Assembly (NCBI GenBank): GCA_041501125.1
Contig: JBGQNO010000002.1
Span: 10,287-74,286 of the forward strand
DNA from: Candidatus Nanoarchaeia archaeon
GTDB lineage: Archaea; Nanobdellota; Nanobdellia; Pacearchaeales; GW2011-AR1
DNA length: 64,000 nucleotides
Direction: 5' to 3'
The notes beneath the pieces were generated by a model. The model was not told the origin of the DNA. It worked only from the letters and a program-made list of their open reading frames with translations, and searched no databases. Position 1 is the first letter of the stretch. Each line of letters begins with the position of its first letter. The translations under genes were made by a program, and so were the position numbers. Shown in pieces: positions 9,800 through 19,333 of this stretch.

Positions 9800-10363
9800 A
9801 TGTCAAATTCAACATTAAAAAAAATCATATCAGATCTGCCTACAGAAGACAAAAGGATATTTACAGATGGTCTTCAATATGAATATGCTGATAATGACGA
9901 GAGAAAATTCTGGGAGATCTCAAGAAGAGCAGGACTTGTATCAAGACTGCAAGAGTTGCTGCCTTCAAGAAAAAATGGCTTCGCTGAGGAAATGAAGTAT
10001 ATGGAGGACATTTCTCTTGTCGTAACTGGTGTTGGAATTATGTCAACAGGCGAAATTCCAGAGAAGGTGATAAAAATGACATCTAACAGGGACTTAATGG
10101 GATTTTACATGGCACGAGGTGTATGTTTTTACCAAGATCTTCCTGACGATGAAATATTTCCAGATGATATTTTATACGGAATTTATGTTGGATGCATCAA
10201 TGACGGACTCAAGTGCCTTAAAAGATTTCAGCCTGAATTAGACTGGTTAAGCAATGACATAACAAAATCTACTCCGATTGAATTAAGGGATGGAGGGTCA
10301 GGATTTTTTTTCCCATGGACTATGAATATTGGTGCAGGCAAAAGAGGAATTCTGTATCATTAA
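9800..10363 (+). CDS. hypothetical protein
   Basis: 187-aa ORF between polB and fen with no recognisable motif. Confidence 0.4.
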   Translation: MSNSTLKKIISDLPTEDKRIFTDGLQYEYADNDERKFWEISRRAGLVSRLQELLPSRKNGFAEEMKYMEDISLVVTGVGIMSTGEIPEKVIKMTSNRDLMGFYMARGVCFYQDLPDDEIFPDDILYGIYVGCINDGLKCLKRFQPELDWLSNDITKSTPIELRDGGSGFFFPWTMNIGAGKRGILYH

Positions 10364-10406
10364 CACCACTTCTAAGTGACAAAAACATAAAGCTTATAAA
10401 CTCTGA

Positions 10407-10889
10407 TTGCTAGGGCATTTTATGATAAGCAAAACAATAGATGATGTCGTTAAAATAGACAAGTCTGCTCAAGTTTTTGAAAGACAAAACCAAGCAAGAA
10501 TCAAGGCCCATTCTAAATGTGATTACCCAGCATACGCTAGATTATGCAATGAACTTGGACTTGAGCCTGAATTTCCAGAAGATTATCAAACTGGACTTGC
10601 AGAAATTGCAATGAGAGCGACAATAAAAAAAGATGAAGAGTCTGATAAAAAGTATGAATTATACTCAGAATTTTTAAGACAATCAGGCAAGAAACTTGAA
10701 TATTTGCCTGATGCTATTTTTAAGGATACACAAGCAAAAATAGAATTGCTTAAACTTTTAGGATATACCTATCTTAAAGGTCCGGATAAAAAAGGCATTC
10801 CGCTTAATCAGTGTGCTGATGAAAGAATTGGAAAAGCATACTGGAATTGCCGTAAAGCTGCAGAGAACTACGTCAAAGCATCTCGTTAA
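10407..10889 (+). CDS. hypothetical protein
   Basis: 160-aa ORF with no recognisable motif. An alternative start is M6 at 10422. Confidence 0.4.
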   Translation: MLGHFMISKTIDDVVKIDKSAQVFERQNQARIKAHSKCDYPAYARLCNELGLEPEFPEDYQTGLAEIAMRATIKKDEESDKKYELYSEFLRQSGKKLEYLPDAIFKDTQAKIELLKLLGYTYLKGPDKKGIPLNQCADERIGKAYWNCRKAAENYVKASR

Positions 10890-10919
10890 TTTTATTAATA
10901 CATTATTCTATCATCTGAC

Positions 10920-11948
10920 ATGGGTCTGCAGATAGGTGACATAGTTCCAAGGAAAGCTATAGAATTCTCGCAAATGAAAGGCAGGATACTTGCTGTAGAT
11001 GCTTCTAATATAATCTATCAGTTTCTTTCAACAATACGGCAGCCTGATGGCACTCCGCTGCAAGACAAGAAAGGCAATATAACCTCTCATTTGTCAGGAT
11101 TGTTCTATAGAAATATCGCACTTCTGGAAGAAGGCTTAAAATTAATTTATGTTTTTGATGGCGAGATGCCTGCTCTTAAAAGAAAAACAATTGAAAAAAG
11201 GCTTGAAGTTAAAGCAGAAGCAAGAGCAAAGTATGAAGAAGCAATGTCAGAAGAGGATATTAAAAAAATGAAAAGATATTCACAGCAGCTCGCGAGATTG
11301 ACTCCTGAAATTAAAAAAGAAAGCATGGAACTCCTTGAAGCTCTTGGAATCCAAGTTGTACAGGCACCAAGCGAAGCAGAAGCCCAGGCATCATATATGG
11401 CAAGAAAACAAGTTGCTTGGGCATGCGCAAGCCAGGACTATGACAGCCTTCTGTTCGGAACTCCGCGTCTTTTGCAAAACCTTACGCTTGCAAGAAAGCG
11501 CAAAACAGTTTCTGGGTTTGTCTATATCTCGCCAGAAATGATAGAACTTGAACATGTTCTGAATTCTCTGCAGATAAACCTCGACCAGTTGATATGCCTG
11601 GGAATTTTGTCAGGCACTGATTATAATCCAGGCGGAGTCAGAGGCATAGGTCCAAAGAAAGCGCTTGAACTTGTCAGAAAATACAAAGAGCCTGTCTTGA
11701 TATTCAGGAGTGTTGAAGATAAAATCAAGGCACAGGAACAAGAAGGAAAAAGTTTTGACTGGCAGGAAATCTTCCCGCTGTTCAAAAAGCCAGATGTAAA
11801 AGATATTAAAGTTGAGTTTCCAAAATTAAATGAAGCCAAAGTAAAAAAAATCCTGATTTCGCATGATTTTTCAGCAGAGCGAATTGACTCTGCGCTTAGC
11901 AAGTTGAATGCAGCAAGAGAACAGCAAAAGCAGAAGACTTTGTTTTAA
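10920..11948 (+). CDS. fen: flap endonuclease 1
   Basis: N-terminal XPG-N motifs (ILAVDASNIIYQFLSTIRQPDGTPL), the XPG-I region, and a helix-3-turn-helix motif GTDYNPGGVRGIGPKKA. Confidence 0.92.
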   Translation: MGLQIGDIVPRKAIEFSQMKGRILAVDASNIIYQFLSTIRQPDGTPLQDKKGNITSHLSGLFYRNIALLEEGLKLIYVFDGEMPALKRKTIEKRLEVKAEARAKYEEAMSEEDIKKMKRYSQQLARLTPEIKKESMELLEALGIQVVQAPSEAEAQASYMARKQVAWACASQDYDSLLFGTPRLLQNLTLARKRKTVSGFVYISPEMIELEHVLNSLQINLDQLICLGILSGTDYNPGGVRGIGPKKALELVRKYKEPVLIFRSVEDKIKAQEQEGKSFDWQEIFPLFKKPDVKDIKVEFPKLNEAKVKKILISHDFSAERIDSALSKLNAAREQQKQKTLF

Positions 11949-11960
11949 ATTACTGCTACT

Positions 11961-11995
11961 TAATCCCCCAGACAAATGTTTTAACATTAATGCTT
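11961..11995 (+). repeat. intergenic element, partial copy 5
   Basis: TAATCCCCCAGACAAATGTTTTAACATTAATGCTT shares the GTTTTAACATTAAT half with copy 2. Confidence 0.35.
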
Positions 11996-12042
11996 AAAAT
12001 CCAAACAGCAATCTTTATAAATGTTATAACATTGTTATAACA

Positions 12043-12810
12043 ATGGAATTAGTAAGAAACATCGTCAGGGTAGGCAACAGCGCAGGCGTCATTCTGCCAA
12101 AGGACTGGTATGGCGGGCAGGCAAAAGTTGTGCTGATGCAAAAGCCAATCAGCATAAAGAAAGATGTTCTTGAGATTCTAAGCCCTTATCTTGAATCAAT
12201 TCTTGGCATTTATCTTGTAGGCAGTTACGCAAGAAATGAGCAAACTTCAGACTCAGATGTCGATGTAATTGCAATATCCAAGAACCTAAAAAAAGAAATT
12301 ATTAGTGGTAAATATCACATCTCAGTTTATACTCTTGAAAGCATAGAAAAAACCCTGCAAGACAACGCAATAACGATAGCACCAAGATTATTGGAAGCAA
12401 GACCGATATTAAACACCTCGCTGCTTGATGCTTTGAAGCAGTTAATTACCAAAAAATTTGTATTCAGCAAATACCTGGAAGAAACAAAAAGAGTAATTAA
12501 AATAAATCACGGGCTGTTGAAGCTAGACCAAGAACAGGCAACTCCAGCTTCAGAAAGCATTGTGTATTCACTAATATTAAGGCTAAGGGGTATTTTTATT
12601 ATTAAAACAATCCTTAGAAAGGAAAAATATTCGACCCGTCTTTTCCTGAAATGGCTGGAGAAAGCCAATATGAGCAGAAAAGAGGCAATTATTTTATATA
12701 ATGTCTACAAAGCAATCAGAGACAATCAAAAGATTAAAGAAACCGTGAGAGTTGATTTAGCTGAGAAATTGCTCAGATTCGTAGAAAAAGAGATGGAAAA
12801 TGTCAAATAG
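12043..12810 (+). CDS. AbrB-like domain fused to a minimal nucleotidyltransferase with a helical C-terminal domain
   Basis: N-terminus VGNSAGVILPKDW (SpoVT/AbrB type), followed by the nucleotidyltransferase motif GSYARNEQTSDSDVDV. Confidence 0.6.
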   Translation: MELVRNIVRVGNSAGVILPKDWYGGQAKVVLMQKPISIKKDVLEILSPYLESILGIYLVGSYARNEQTSDSDVDVIAISKNLKKEIISGKYHISVYTLESIEKTLQDNAITIAPRLLEARPILNTSLLDALKQLITKKFVFSKYLEETKRVIKINHGLLKLDQEQATPASESIVYSLILRLRGIFIIKTILRKEKYSTRLFLKWLEKANMSRKEAIILYNVYKAIRDNQKIKETVRVDLAEKLLRFVEKEMENVK

Positions 12811-12991
12811 AAAAAAGCGGTTGAGAAAAGGGCTTGACTCAATAGAAGAGCAAATTCTTTTCCATAAAGAAAAACAAAAGGAAGCTGAGAATAAGGGCGA
12901 AATAGAGCTGGTTGAGTATTATAAAAAAGAAATTGAGGGCCTTGAAAAGACAAAAGATAAAAAGAAAACAATGCTTGGAAAAGCAGGATAA
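12800..12991 (+). CDS. small Lys/Glu-rich coiled-coil protein, hypothetical
   Basis: 63-aa ORF whose start overlaps the preceding gene by 11 nt. Confidence 0.3.
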   Translation: MSNRKKRLRKGLDSIEEQILFHKEKQKEAENKGEIELVEYYKKEIEGLEKTKDKKKTMLGKAG

Positions 12992-13003
12992 AAAGAGGCA
13001 AAG

Positions 13004-14194
13004 ATGATAACAGAAAAAGAGGTAAGAAAGCAGGTAGCTAGGGCATTCATGATTCTTGCAAGGAATGCAAGAGCCAGGATTACTGAGCAGGACCTGCCCC
13101 AGATTAATATAGAACAGGCAGCACATTCATTTTACATTCCAGAAGAACGAAGAATTATTGTCTCACAAAAAGACATTAACAATGGCTCTGCATATTTTGA
13201 AGAAGCCTCGCACGCCCTGAGGCATATAACTCAGGAAAAGCAAGGTGTTCCATACTACAAACAGGATGCTAAAGTTCATGAGTTTTTTGGCAGGCTCGGA
13301 GAAACACTTGGACGGCAATTGTCAAAAGGAACAGAACTAGAGCATCTTTTCCACAGAAAACCAAGAAATTTCACAAGATTTGCAGACGAATTTGAAAAAG
13401 ACGAGGAAGCTCTGAAACAAGAATATCTTATGCTGAAAGCAAGAGAAGCCAAGGTCAAGACAGCAAAACAGATTCTTGCAATAAAAACTTCTGAAAACTA
13501 CTCTCAGTTGCATAAGCTTCTCAGTGATTTCAAAGCTGAAAAAATCAGTTTCAAAAAGTTTTCAGGAAGATTTAGAAATCTTTATGACAGTTACAAAAAA
13601 ACACTTGACAAACTCAGGACAATGCCAGATTCTACAATCTCTGAGATTGATATGATTGAAGCTGGCTTGTACAAGAACAACTATGACAACCTGCGCGAAT
13701 TCATTCTTAAAAATCAAAATCTTGAAGAATCCCAGCATGCGAATGAAATAGAAAGAAGTCTTGACACGCTGGCATGCTACAAACCCAAATTCGTGAAGTG
13801 CGCTGATGACCCTAAAGCCATAGAAACAAAAATCAAGGCAAAAGAAATGATAAGAACTTTAGATACTCATACAAAACCCTATGTTTATGCTGAGCAATAT
13901 TCTTTGGAAGAACTAATGCAATATCCTCTGTACAATCTCTCAGATAAAGAAATCAGGCAAAGATTCTTTAGAAAACCAAACTCAGTAGTTGAAAAAACAG
14001 TCGCAGCACTTTTCTATATCCTTTCGCCAGTGTTTATAATCAACATACTGTCAGCATTAAACCTCACCGGACACGCAATAAACACAAGCAACTCGCCTGC
14101 TAATTTTACACTGGGCATGATTTTCAACATAATTTTCATATTTTTTGCAGCAGCATTCATGTATTTCAAGCTATTCAGCCATGACAATGAATAA
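13004..14194 (+). CDS. hypothetical protein with C-terminal membrane anchor
   Basis: 396 aa, largely helical and charged, with two C-terminal hydrophobic segments (VAALFYILSPVFIINIL and GMIFNIIFIFFAAAFMYF). Confidence 0.45.
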   Translation: MITEKEVRKQVARAFMILARNARARITEQDLPQINIEQAAHSFYIPEERRIIVSQKDINNGSAYFEEASHALRHITQEKQGVPYYKQDAKVHEFFGRLGETLGRQLSKGTELEHLFHRKPRNFTRFADEFEKDEEALKQEYLMLKAREAKVKTAKQILAIKTSENYSQLHKLLSDFKAEKISFKKFSGRFRNLYDSYKKTLDKLRTMPDSTISEIDMIEAGLYKNNYDNLREFILKNQNLEESQHANEIERSLDTLACYKPKFVKCADDPKAIETKIKAKEMIRTLDTHTKPYVYAEQYSLEELMQYPLYNLSDKEIRQRFFRKPNSVVEKTVAALFYILSPVFIINILSALNLTGHAINTSNSPANFTLGMIFNIIFIFFAAAFMYFKLFSHDNE

Positions 14195-14218
14195 AAACTC
14201 AAACAAGCTAAGCAAACC

Positions 14219-14794
14219 ATGAAAAAATCAGTAGTAATTATCGCGTTTCTTGCATTATTCTTATTAACTTTGATTTCAGCAGGTTTCGCTCAGGAAAATG
14301 CAACAGAACAGCAAGGGCTTGAAAAGCAGGTGCAGATTCCTGAAAATATGCAGGGCTTGGCAAGAGTTTTGTTTGGAATCAAGCCCGACACTACAATTGA
14401 CTTTCAGCATCTCATTATCCTGTTTGCAGCATTCTTGATTGTATTTTTAGTTGTCAGGGATTTTATTGGATTTATTCCATTTTTCGATTCAAAACTCAAG
14501 TCAATTCTTGGAGCATTTGCAGTAACAATTATTTCAGGCTCAGCAGGCGGTTTCATTATGTTTGCTGATTTCATGCTTAGCATAGGCTCATTATTCGGCT
14601 GGCTTAAAACACAAAGCATCCTAAACCTAACAATTGCATTAATAATTTTTGTTAGCTTGTACCTTGTCTTGAATAAAGTTTCTGAGAATATGAAATCTGA
14701 AGCAAAAATTGAAGAAGCAAGGCAGGCTGGAGAAAAAGCAGGCACTGTTGCAAAAATACTTGGAAAGATGTTCGAAACTAAAGGCAAGAAATAA
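14219..14794 (+). CDS. signal-peptide polytopic membrane protein with charged C-terminal tail
   Basis: Signal-like N-terminus MKKSVVIIAFLALFLLTLISAGFAQ, about 4 transmembrane segments, and a Lys/Glu-rich tail. Confidence 0.5.
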   Translation: MKKSVVIIAFLALFLLTLISAGFAQENATEQQGLEKQVQIPENMQGLARVLFGIKPDTTIDFQHLIILFAAFLIVFLVVRDFIGFIPFFDSKLKSILGAFAVTIISGSAGGFIMFADFMLSIGSLFGWLKTQSILNLTIALIIFVSLYLVLNKVSENMKSEAKIEEARQAGEKAGTVAKILGKMFETKGKK

Positions 14795-14797
14795 TTA

Positions 14798-15466
14798 CTA
14801 TTTTGCTCTTTTCTCTATGCCTTTGGCAAATTCCTGTGTTGCCTTCTGCGCAACTTTTGTCTTGGCTTCCTCGCGCAATTTCTTCAATCCTTTGAGATAC
14901 TTTGCAACAAGTCTTGATAACCTGTCAACAACAATTATTAATAAAATTACAGCCAATATCAGAAGTGTTCTTGCCCACCACTCTTCTTTTGAATAAATGA
15001 GTGTGCCTGTATAATCAACTATAAACCTGAAAATCTGCAGTTGCGAAAACATAATAGCAAATGCAAGTGAGATGCCATATGAAGCAGTGCCAGAAAAAGC
15101 AGAGTGAGAATGAATAATGTTTCCTAAATCCATAAAAACAATAAACCACATTGCCATGACAAACAGCAAGGTTATTGAAAGTGAATAAGGCATTCCAAAT
15201 AAAATACTGAAGACAATTGATATTTTCTTGCAAAAGCTATCGATTCCAGCAATGACTGGATTTTTCATCAAGCTTTCCTGAAACCTGATGCCAAGATACT
15301 GCCATTCTGTCTGGTTTTTCAGTTTTTCAAGTTGCATGGCTTGTTTCTCAAGTTCTTCTGGCGAAAATGTTTCGGGGGTTATTTCTGGGCAAATTGCCAG
15401 TTTCAAAGCCAGAGGCAGTATAAATAAAAGGACAATTATTGCAACACCCACCTTTTTATTCATCAA
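14798..15466 (-). CDS. signal-peptide polytopic membrane protein with charged C-terminal tail
   Basis: Hydrophobic N-terminus, about 4 transmembrane segments, and the tail KYLKGLKKLREEAKTKVAQKATQEFAKGIEKRAK. Confidence 0.5.
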   Translation of the reverse strand: MMNKKVGVAIIVLLFILPLALKLAICPEITPETFSPEELEKQAMQLEKLKNQTEWQYLGIRFQESLMKNPVIAGIDSFCKKISIVFSILFGMPYSLSITLLFVMAMWFIVFMDLGNIIHSHSAFSGTASYGISLAFAIMFSQLQIFRFIVDYTGTLIYSKEEWWARTLLILAVILLIIVVDRLSRLVAKYLKGLKKLREEAKTKVAQKATQEFAKGIEKRAK

Positions 15467-15515
15467 ACTTACAAGATAAAGAAGTTTTTAAAGTTTAAGA
15501 AAAAAGCTAAAATGC

Positions 15516-16241
15516 TTATTCGCTACTGCCATATGACCTTTCTAATTCTTTTTTCTGCAGTTTATGAAGAAGCCCGCCTCTTGCAACAATTTCCTCACCA
15601 GTTTCTTTCAGAGCAGACATTTCTCCCTTGAATAACAGATTTCTGATAGCTCCTATGCTAAAAAATATAGCAATGCCAAGAATAATTGCGCCAAGGTACA
15701 AAAGATTAACACCAGCCCATGAACCTTCAGGAGCGATAGCAATTTTATAAATATACAATGATATGTAATATACAACATATGCCAGCCATATAACTCTTGC
15801 AGCAAGCGCATTCTGTATTCTAACACTTGTTACAAGGACTATGACAAATGGAATCACTGTAAGAATTGCAGCACCCATTGCACTGTACTGTGTAACAATC
15901 ACATCCAAAAGGTCTTTTGGTGTAGATAATATCGCAAGTAAAGTTATAACAACCGCAATCGCTACAGATATTCCTGTTTTCCCTTTTCCAAGTATCGAGG
16001 GAAGAATGTTGTATATAATCAAGCCGAGCAATAATGCAAGGAAGAATCTTGTCATTATCTGTTGATCGCCAAACAACGGAGATAAAATTCCCTTGAAAAA
16101 TCCTGCAACTACGCTTCCTAATGTACTTCCGACTTTTTCAGCAGTTTGTGCAGGCTCCTGCGCAGCAACAATCATTGCTAGCAAAGAAATCATAAATAAT
16201 CCACCAAGGAACAATGCAATAATCTTTCCTTCTTTTTTCAT
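15516..16241 (-). CDS. signal-peptide polytopic membrane protein, paralog of 16325-17107
   Basis: Signal-like N-terminus ending AAQEP. Alignable blocks with the next gene include FFLALLLGLIIYNIL vs FFAKVLLLLLLFIIVYFVL and YSAMGAAILTVIPFVIVL vs YGTMGVAITTFLPFLIYL. Confidence 0.55.
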   Translation of the reverse strand: MKKEGKIIALFLGGLFMISLLAMIVAAQEPAQTAEKVGSTLGSVVAGFFKGILSPLFGDQQIMTRFFLALLLGLIIYNILPSILGKGKTGISVAIAVVITLLAILSTPKDLLDVIVTQYSAMGAAILTVIPFVIVLVTSVRIQNALAARVIWLAYVVYYISLYIYKIAIAPEGSWAGVNLLYLGAIILGIAIFFSIGAIRNLLFKGEMSALKETGEEIVARGGLLHKLQKKELERSYGSSE

Positions 16242-16324
16242 GTTTTACTCAGGGTTTTAGTATTTTTAAACATTATGCCTCTGCAATAGAAAATGTTTTT
16301 AAACTTCATCTTGTTAAAAGAAAT

Positions 16325-17107
16325 ATGAAAAAGAGCGCGTTGCTTGGCATTGTATCTGTTGCCATGCTTACATGTCTTATATATGCAGCAAGTGCCCAGC
16401 TTGTTCCAAGTGGCTATCAGATTGAACAATCATTCCGGCAAGTTATTGATATTGTATCCGGAGCACTGACTCCTGTGTTTGAAGTTTTGTTAAACACGCA
16501 AAATAATGAGTATTTCTTCGCGAAAGTCCTTCTGCTTCTGCTTTTGTTTATAATAGTCTATTTTGTACTTGGAAGAAGCAAAGCTTTCGGGCTTAACAAA
16601 GGAGCATTATTCGTTGTTTCTGCAATTGTAGCGTTGCTGTCTATACGATATCTGCCTGAAAACGATTTAATAACAGGCATTCTTCTTCCATATGGAACAA
16701 TGGGTGTTGCAATTACAACCTTCCTGCCATTCTTGATATATCTTTTTTTCGTGCACGAGTCGCTTCCTGGAACTAAAGTAAGACAAGCAGCATGGATAGT
16801 TTATGGGGTTGCATTTCTTGCACTAACAATGTTAAGATGGGGTGACGTCTCGGTTACATCATTCTGGCTATATGTGTCAGGACTCATCTTGGTGATATTG
16901 GCAGTGATATTTGACCCTACAATACATGGGTATTTTGGAATGTTTGAGACAAGCAAATTCATTCAAGGCGCAAATCAAAGAGTAATAGCAGGGCTGCAAG
17001 AAGAATATGTTAAACTCGGCCCTATAAACACAAAAGCAGCAAATGCAAGAAAAGCAACTATAGTCGATCAATTATATAGATACCACGCAGAAGTACCAAG
17101 TATGTAG
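16325..17107 (+). CDS. signal-peptide polytopic membrane protein, paralog of 15516-16241
   Basis: Signal-like N-terminus ending ASAQ, 5-6 transmembrane segments, and a soluble C-terminal tail. Confidence 0.55.
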   Translation: MKKSALLGIVSVAMLTCLIYAASAQLVPSGYQIEQSFRQVIDIVSGALTPVFEVLLNTQNNEYFFAKVLLLLLLFIIVYFVLGRSKAFGLNKGALFVVSAIVALLSIRYLPENDLITGILLPYGTMGVAITTFLPFLIYLFFVHESLPGTKVRQAAWIVYGVAFLALTMLRWGDVSVTSFWLYVSGLILVILAVIFDPTIHGYFGMFETSKFIQGANQRVIAGLQEEYVKLGPINTKAANARKATIVDQLYRYHAEVPSM

Positions 17108-17110
17108 TTA

Positions 17111-17374
17111 CTACGCTTTTCTTCTGTAACCTACAATCTCCTTGCCATGATAAATTGGAACCTCTGCTGCTGCCCTGCCCTCTTGCCCCATCATATTTTT
17201 TCCTAATGTAAGCCAGACTCCTACAGCAATCAAAGCCACTGCAACAATCCACAGGATATTGCCTGCAAGAATTCCTGGCAAGCTTATGTTCATCTTGCTT
17301 CCAAACAGTCTGACAAGAATCAATGCCACACCAAGCAGCATCACTATGTATCCTATCAACCTCTTTGTAGCCAT
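17111..17374 (-). CDS. small two-transmembrane membrane protein
   Basis: 87-aa ORF with two hydrophobic helices and a charged C-terminus. Confidence 0.4.
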   Translation of the reverse strand: MATKRLIGYIVMLLGVALILVRLFGSKMNISLPGILAGNILWIVAVALIAVGVWLTLGKNMMGQEGRAAAEVPIYHGKEIVGYRRKA

Positions 17375-17466
17375 AATCTTCCTAGCAATTCAATGTTTTT
17401 AAAACTTTTGAGAAAAATATAAACAGGCAAAACATTTAAATAGTTCTAATTTATAACATATGTTAT

Positions 17467-18051
17467 ATGAAAAGAACATTCGTTCCAAAAAAATACCTTA
17501 AGGTACATGAAGAAACCGCTAGAAATAAGGTTCTTGAGGTTTTATTTAAGTTTTCTGAAAAAGAATTTAGCTTAAGCGAGTTGGCAAAAGAAGCAGGTGT
17601 TGCCAAGGCAAACATCGGAAAAATATTAGAAGAATTGAATAGCAGGCAATTTATTGAGATAGTAAAACTAACCAAAATATGGCGCATAAAAGCAAATAGG
17701 AGCAACTGGTACTTTATCAGAAGCAAGATAATTTACAATCTTAATTTTGTATATCAAAGTGGTTTGGTAGAATTTTTAAATGAGCATTTCAAAAATCCGA
17801 AGGCAATAATTCTGTTTGGCAGTTTTAGAAAAGGTGAAGACATATCAAATTCCGACATAGACCTTGCTGTAGAAAGCGAAGATGCAAAAGAATATGAAAT
17901 TATAAAATTAAATTCTCTGGAAGAATTTGAGAAAATTATTGGAAGAAACATTCAAATTCATGTATTCAACAGAAAAAGCGTAGATCTTAATATATTTAAT
18001 AACATTGCAAATGGAATAATGCTATTAGGATTTTTAGAGGTGAAGCCATGA
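17467..18051 (+). CDS. winged-helix plus minimal nucleotidyltransferase (MNT-like, antitoxin-type)
   Basis: N-terminal HTH-like region (FSLSELAKEAGVAKANIGKILEEL) and nucleotidyltransferase motif GSFRKGEDISNSDIDL. There is a 4-nt overlap with the next ORF. Confidence 0.65.
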   Translation: MKRTFVPKKYLKVHEETARNKVLEVLFKFSEKEFSLSELAKEAGVAKANIGKILEELNSRQFIEIVKLTKIWRIKANRSNWYFIRSKIIYNLNFVYQSGLVEFLNEHFKNPKAIILFGSFRKGEDISNSDIDLAVESEDAKEYEIIKLNSLEEFEKIIGRNIQIHVFNRKSVDLNIFNNIANGIMLLGFLEVKP

Positions 18052-18482
18052 AAAGTGAAATAATAAATACCCTCGTCCAAACTGGAATTTTAAGAATACG
18101 GCAAAGAGACACAGAGAGGATTAAATCCATCATTAGTTCTGCTGAGACAAATACAAAAATAGCAGTAAACATTTCTTTAAATGAAGATAGTGCAACCTTA
18201 ATATTTCGGGAAGTGTATGAATCAATAAGGCAGATTGGAGATGCTAAATGGTGGTTGCTAGGCTATGAGCCACAAAACCATGATATAAGCCTGGAAATTC
18301 TAAAGGAAATGGATATAAAAGAAAAAGTTAAGCTTAATTTTATTGACAGGTTTAGAAAAATAAGAAACGACGCGAACTATCGGGGATTTAAAGTTTCTAT
18401 AAGCCAAGCAAAAGAAATAATTGAATTCTGGGATAAATGTGGAAAAGAAATGATTCAGATACTGCACAAGGAGATAAAATGA
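18048..18482 (+). CDS. HEPN-domain protein, partner of the MNT
   Basis: All-helical 144-aa protein located directly downstream of the MNT gene. The motif region reads RKIRNDANYRG, with Tyr where the Rx4-6H motif normally has His. Confidence 0.5.
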   Translation: MKSEIINTLVQTGILRIRQRDTERIKSIISSAETNTKIAVNISLNEDSATLIFREVYESIRQIGDAKWWLLGYEPQNHDISLEILKEMDIKEKVKLNFIDRFRKIRNDANYRGFKVSISQAKEIIEFWDKCGKEMIQILHKEIK

Positions 18483-19258
18483 ACATTCCCCATTCTTACG
18501 ACACAATAGGAGACATAGTCATTCTTAAATTTCCAGAAGATACCAAAACTACGGACAAAAAGAAAGTTGCTAAGCAAATACTAAAAGAACGCTCAAGCGT
18601 CAAGACTGTCTTGGAAAAAACAGAGAAAGTTAAAGGTCGCCTGAGGACACTAACAACAAAATTCTTAGCTGGAGAAAACAAAAAAGAAACAATACACCAT
18701 GAATCAGGCTGCTCATTTAAATTAAATATTGATACTTGCTATTTCTCACCACGCCTTTCAAACGAAAGGCTCGAGATTGCGCGGGAAATAAAAACTTCAG
18801 ACAAGGTATTGATAATGTTTTCAGGAGTTGCTCCATTCACAATAGTTCTTGCAAAAATAGCAAAGCCAAAAAGAGTTGTAAGCATCGAACTTGGAAAAGA
18901 ATGCACAAAATATGCAAAAGAAAATCTAAAGTTGAACAGGCTGCTGGACATGAATATTGAAATCCTGCAGGGAGATGTAAAGAAAGTCGTGCCAAAGTTA
19001 AAAGAAAAGTTCGACAAGATAGTTATGCCGCGCCCGCAATTAAAAGAATCATTCCTGCATGAAGCATTTCATGCTGCAAAAAAAGGCACAATCATTTTCT
19101 ATTATGACTTTGAGAAAGAGCCTGGCATAATTCTTGACAAGATTCAAGAACAGGCAACAAAAGAAAAAAGAAAAGTTGAAATCTTGAAAGTCAAGAAAGC
19201 TGGCGAAATCGCGCCTTACAAATATCGTTGGCGAATTGATTTTAAAGTGCTAAATTAA
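18479..19258 (+). CDS. trm5: tRNA (guanine37-N1)-methyltransferase, Trm5/Taw22-like
   Basis: N-terminus IPHSYDTIGDIVILKFPE and a Met-10+ like class I methyltransferase core. I chose the start at M15 (18479), which overlaps the HEPN stop in an ATGA arrangement. Confidence 0.7.
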   Translation: MNIPHSYDTIGDIVILKFPEDTKTTDKKKVAKQILKERSSVKTVLEKTEKVKGRLRTLTTKFLAGENKKETIHHESGCSFKLNIDTCYFSPRLSNERLEIAREIKTSDKVLIMFSGVAPFTIVLAKIAKPKRVVSIELGKECTKYAKENLKLNRLLDMNIEILQGDVKKVVPKLKEKFDKIVMPRPQLKESFLHEAFHAAKKGTIIFYYDFEKEPGIILDKIQEQATKEKRKVEILKVKKAGEIAPYKYRWRIDFKVLN

Positions 19259-19285
19259 ATTTTAATGCTGTAAAGCTTGATGATG

Positions 19286-19333
19286 ATTGCCCGTGTTCAC
19301 CCCGATGGGTAAAGTGTTTTAACATTAATTCTC
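19286..19333 (+). repeat. intergenic hairpin/AT-palindrome element, copy 2
   Basis: ATTGCCCGTGTTCACCCCGATGGGTAAAGTGTTTTAACATTAATTCTC, with hairpin ACCC-CGAT-GGGT. Confidence 0.6.
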
